Origin: Octopus bimaculoides
Taxonomy: Eukaryota
Assembly (NCBI RefSeq): GCF_001194135.2
Contig: NC_068981.1
Location: 169,780,113 to 169,818,010 of the forward strand
Direction: 5' to 3'
Length of the DNA: 37,898 nt
The notes under the pieces were generated by a model that worked only from the letters and a program-made list of their open reading frames with translations, had not been told where the DNA came from and ran no database searches. A program made the translations under genes and the position numbers. How positions within the stretch are numbered: position 1 is the first letter of the stretch; the number at the start of each line of letters is the position of its first letter. Below are positions 35,307 through 37,898 of the stretch, one piece after another.

Positions 35307-35985
35307 TACGAGAGGGTACCCGAAAGAAACAGAAATTTTGCAATATATTTTATTCACTTAATTTTGCATGTTTACACTTTTATTGCCTTCAAAGTATTCT
35401 CCATTTGAAGCAATGCAACGGCTCAGACGTGTTTCCTGCTGTTTCTAGAACTCTTGCGAACAGATGCCAATTAACGCCTCTGTCGCTTTTTTCTTCACTT
35501 CTTTCACATCTGCAAATCGTTTTCCCTTAAGGACTTTTTCCATTCGGGTACAGGGTGCAAGATCAGGTCAATAGGTAGTGTGGTTGAACGGGATTATGAC
35601 ATTTTGGGACAAAATATGTTTCACTCCCAAAGCGGTGTGCGAAAATGCATCATCGTGATGAAACACCATTCTCCGTTTTTCGTCTCGCTGTGTCTCACCA
35701 ATGCACTTCAGAACTACCTAGTAAAATGTCTGGTTAAAAATTTGACTGTGTAGACAAATCCTTTCGCATCGATGAAACAATTCAGCATCGTCTTGACATT
35801 GGACTTCACTTGATGTAGTTTTCTGGCGCGTGGTGACATTGAACGTTTCCATTGATTTCATTGGTGCTTTGTTTCCGGGCCGTCGCAGCAGCGCCAGCTT
35901 TCGTCACTAGTATGACCTTCGAAAAATGTCCGGATCAACTTCCGGCTGTTCTTTCAGTTCACGACTTGTAACATGCCCTCGCGTT
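35307..35985 (-). mobile_element. Decayed mariner (DD34D-type) transposon, 3' two-thirds; 5' part lost or in the gap
   Basis: Minus-strand translation with frameshifts: SDESW (D at 35903), PETKHQ*NQWK, QVKSNVKTMLNCFIDAKG, FHHDDA (D at 35652), Y*PDLAPC-TRMEKVLKGKRFADVKEVKKKATEAL, CIASNGEYFEGNKSVNMQN*. The DFFLF segment carrying the third D is deleted. Terminus TA|CGAGAGGGTACCCGAAA at 35307. Confidence 0.9.
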
Positions 35986-36022
35986 GTTGTTTTTTGTTTT
36001 TGTTTTTTTGTCTTTTTCGAAC

Positions 36023-36053
<31 letters not shown>

Positions 36054-36995
36054 GTACTCAGGCATATATATATATANNNNNNNNNNNNNNNNNNNNNNNN
36101 NNNNNNNNNNNNNNNNNNNNNNNNNNNNNNNNNNNNNNNNNNNNNNNNNNNNNNNNNNNNNNNNNNNNNNNNNNNNNNNNNNNNNNNNNNNNNNNNNNNN
36201 NNNNNNNNNNNNNNNNNNNNNNNNNNNNNNNNNNNNNNNNNNNNNNNNNNNNNNNNNNNNNNNNNNNNNNNNNNNNNNNNNNNNNNNNNNNNNNNNNNNN
36301 NNNNNNNNNNNNNNNNNNNNNNNNNNNNNNNNNNNNNNNNNNNNNNNNNNNNNNNNNNNNNNNNNNNNNNNNNNNNNNNNNNNNNNNNNNNNNNNNNNNN
36401 NNNNNNNNNNNNNNNNNNNNNNNNNNNNNNNNNNNNNNNNNNNNNNNNNNNNNNNNNNNNNNNNNNNNNNNNNNNNNNNNNNNNNNNNNNNNNNNNNNNN
36501 NNNNNNNNNNNNNNNNNNNNNNNNNNNNNNNNNNNNNNNNNNNNNNNNNNNNNNNNNNNNNNNNNNNNNNNNNNNNNNNNNNNNNNNNNNNNNNNNNNNN
36601 NNNNNNNNNNNNNNNNNNNNNNNNNNNNNNNNNNNNNNNNNNNNNNNNNNNNNNNNNNNNNNNNNNNNNNNNNNNNNNNNNNNNNNNNNNNNNNNNNNNN
36701 NNNNNNNNNNNNNNNNNNNNNNNNNNNNNNNNNNNNNNNNNNNNNNNNNNNNNNNNNNNNNNNNNNNNNNNNNNNNNNNNNNNNNNNNNNNNNNNNNNNN
36801 NNNNNNNNNNNNNNNNNNNNNNNNNNNNNNNNNNNNNNNNNNNNNNNNNNNNNNNNNNNNNNNNNNNNNNNNNNNNNNNNNNNNNNNNNNNNNNNNNNNN
36901 NNNNNNNNNNNNNNNNNNNNNNNNNNNNNNNNNNNNNNNNNNNNNNNNNNNNNNNNNNNNNNNNNNNNNNNNNNNNNNNNNNNNNNNNNNNNNNN

Positions 36996-37102
36996 TTCTT
37001 CTTCTTCTTCTTCTTCTTCTTCTTCTTCTTCTTCTTCTTCTTCTTCTTCTTCTTCTTCTTCTTCTTCTTCTTCTTCTTCTTCTTCTTCTTCTTCTTCTTC
37101 TT
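36996..37102. repeat. (TTC)n microsatellite continuing into the gap
   Basis: Direct reading. Confidence 0.98.
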
Positions 37103-37264
37103 CGTTATCGCCGTAGTCGTCGTCGTCATACTCGTCGTGGTCTTCTTTTCACATATAAATTGTTTGTATTAGTATGTGTGTGGTTATAACTTTCATGACT
37201 TTCATGACTTTTAACCAATCCACGCTTTGCACCGGTGTCTTAATTTGGTACATTTTGTACGTTG

Positions 37265-37268
<4 letters not shown>

Positions 37269-37339
<71 letters not shown>
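37269..37339. repeat. (CT)n microsatellite
   Basis: Direct reading. Confidence 0.98.
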
Positions 37340-37347
<8 letters not shown>

Positions 37348-37898
37348 GTCAGTCAGTCTGCCTATCTATCAATAATTTGTCTAGTCTCTGTAGAGACTAC
37401 CTATACATGACAGCCATAAACACGTCCTTCACATGTCACAGCTTAAATCTTCCAAGGCAATAAGGAATTTATCACAACATTCTTGAATACATAAAGTAAA
37501 TCAGGGCAACGTAAAAATTGGAGCGGAAATTGAAGAATTCTAAATTTACTGTTCGAAGCAGATGCATGTGATTGACTTCAATTTATCTATCTATCTGTCT
37601 GTCTGTCTATCTGTCTATTTCGATATATGTATGTATAAAGATAGATAAATAGATAGATAGATCTTTCTATATAAGTGTCAGGGAGATTCTCTATAATTCA
37701 GTATAACTAATCGCACATATATCTTTATATGTATATCGAAAAAAATACGTAAAATTTGCTCACAACCAAGCAAGCTACAAAACCTCTAAACTACCTGCGT
37801 ACCTTTCTATCAATCTACCAACACAAGCAGCCTATTTAGATATAATTCTTTAAATATACATACATACATACATACATATACATATATATATATATATA

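Overview
AT-rich eukaryotic nuclear DNA from a short-read scaffold: 13 N-gaps total about 5.65 kb (15%), and most abut microsatellites. No complete gene, rRNA, true tRNA or CRISPR array is visible. Nearly all ORFs in the supplied track are artefacts of N-runs or simple repeats. The tRNA-derived SINEs and the extreme (CA)n/(TA)n/(AAT)n density resemble an Octopus genome (inference from recalled repeat families, not a database search). Supported content: four decayed Tc1/mariner transposase relics (two DD34D-type mariner, two maT/DD37D-like), each with an internal deletion; several tRNA-derived SINE copies, one with an 18-bp target-site duplication; a LINE 3' UTR embedded in a (TAA)n tract (probably R4/Dong clade); a Penelope-like GIY-YIG scrap; two long foldback palindromes (5418-5622, 27852-28075); several local duplications. 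A few plus-strand segments with good splice signals may be exons of an unidentified host gene. I find no convincing evidence for a wholly new biological system. The best leads are the near-perfect nested palindrome at 27.9 kb, the foldback element at 5.5 kb, an inverted SINE arrangement at 11.9-13.2 kb and the same-phase candidate exons.
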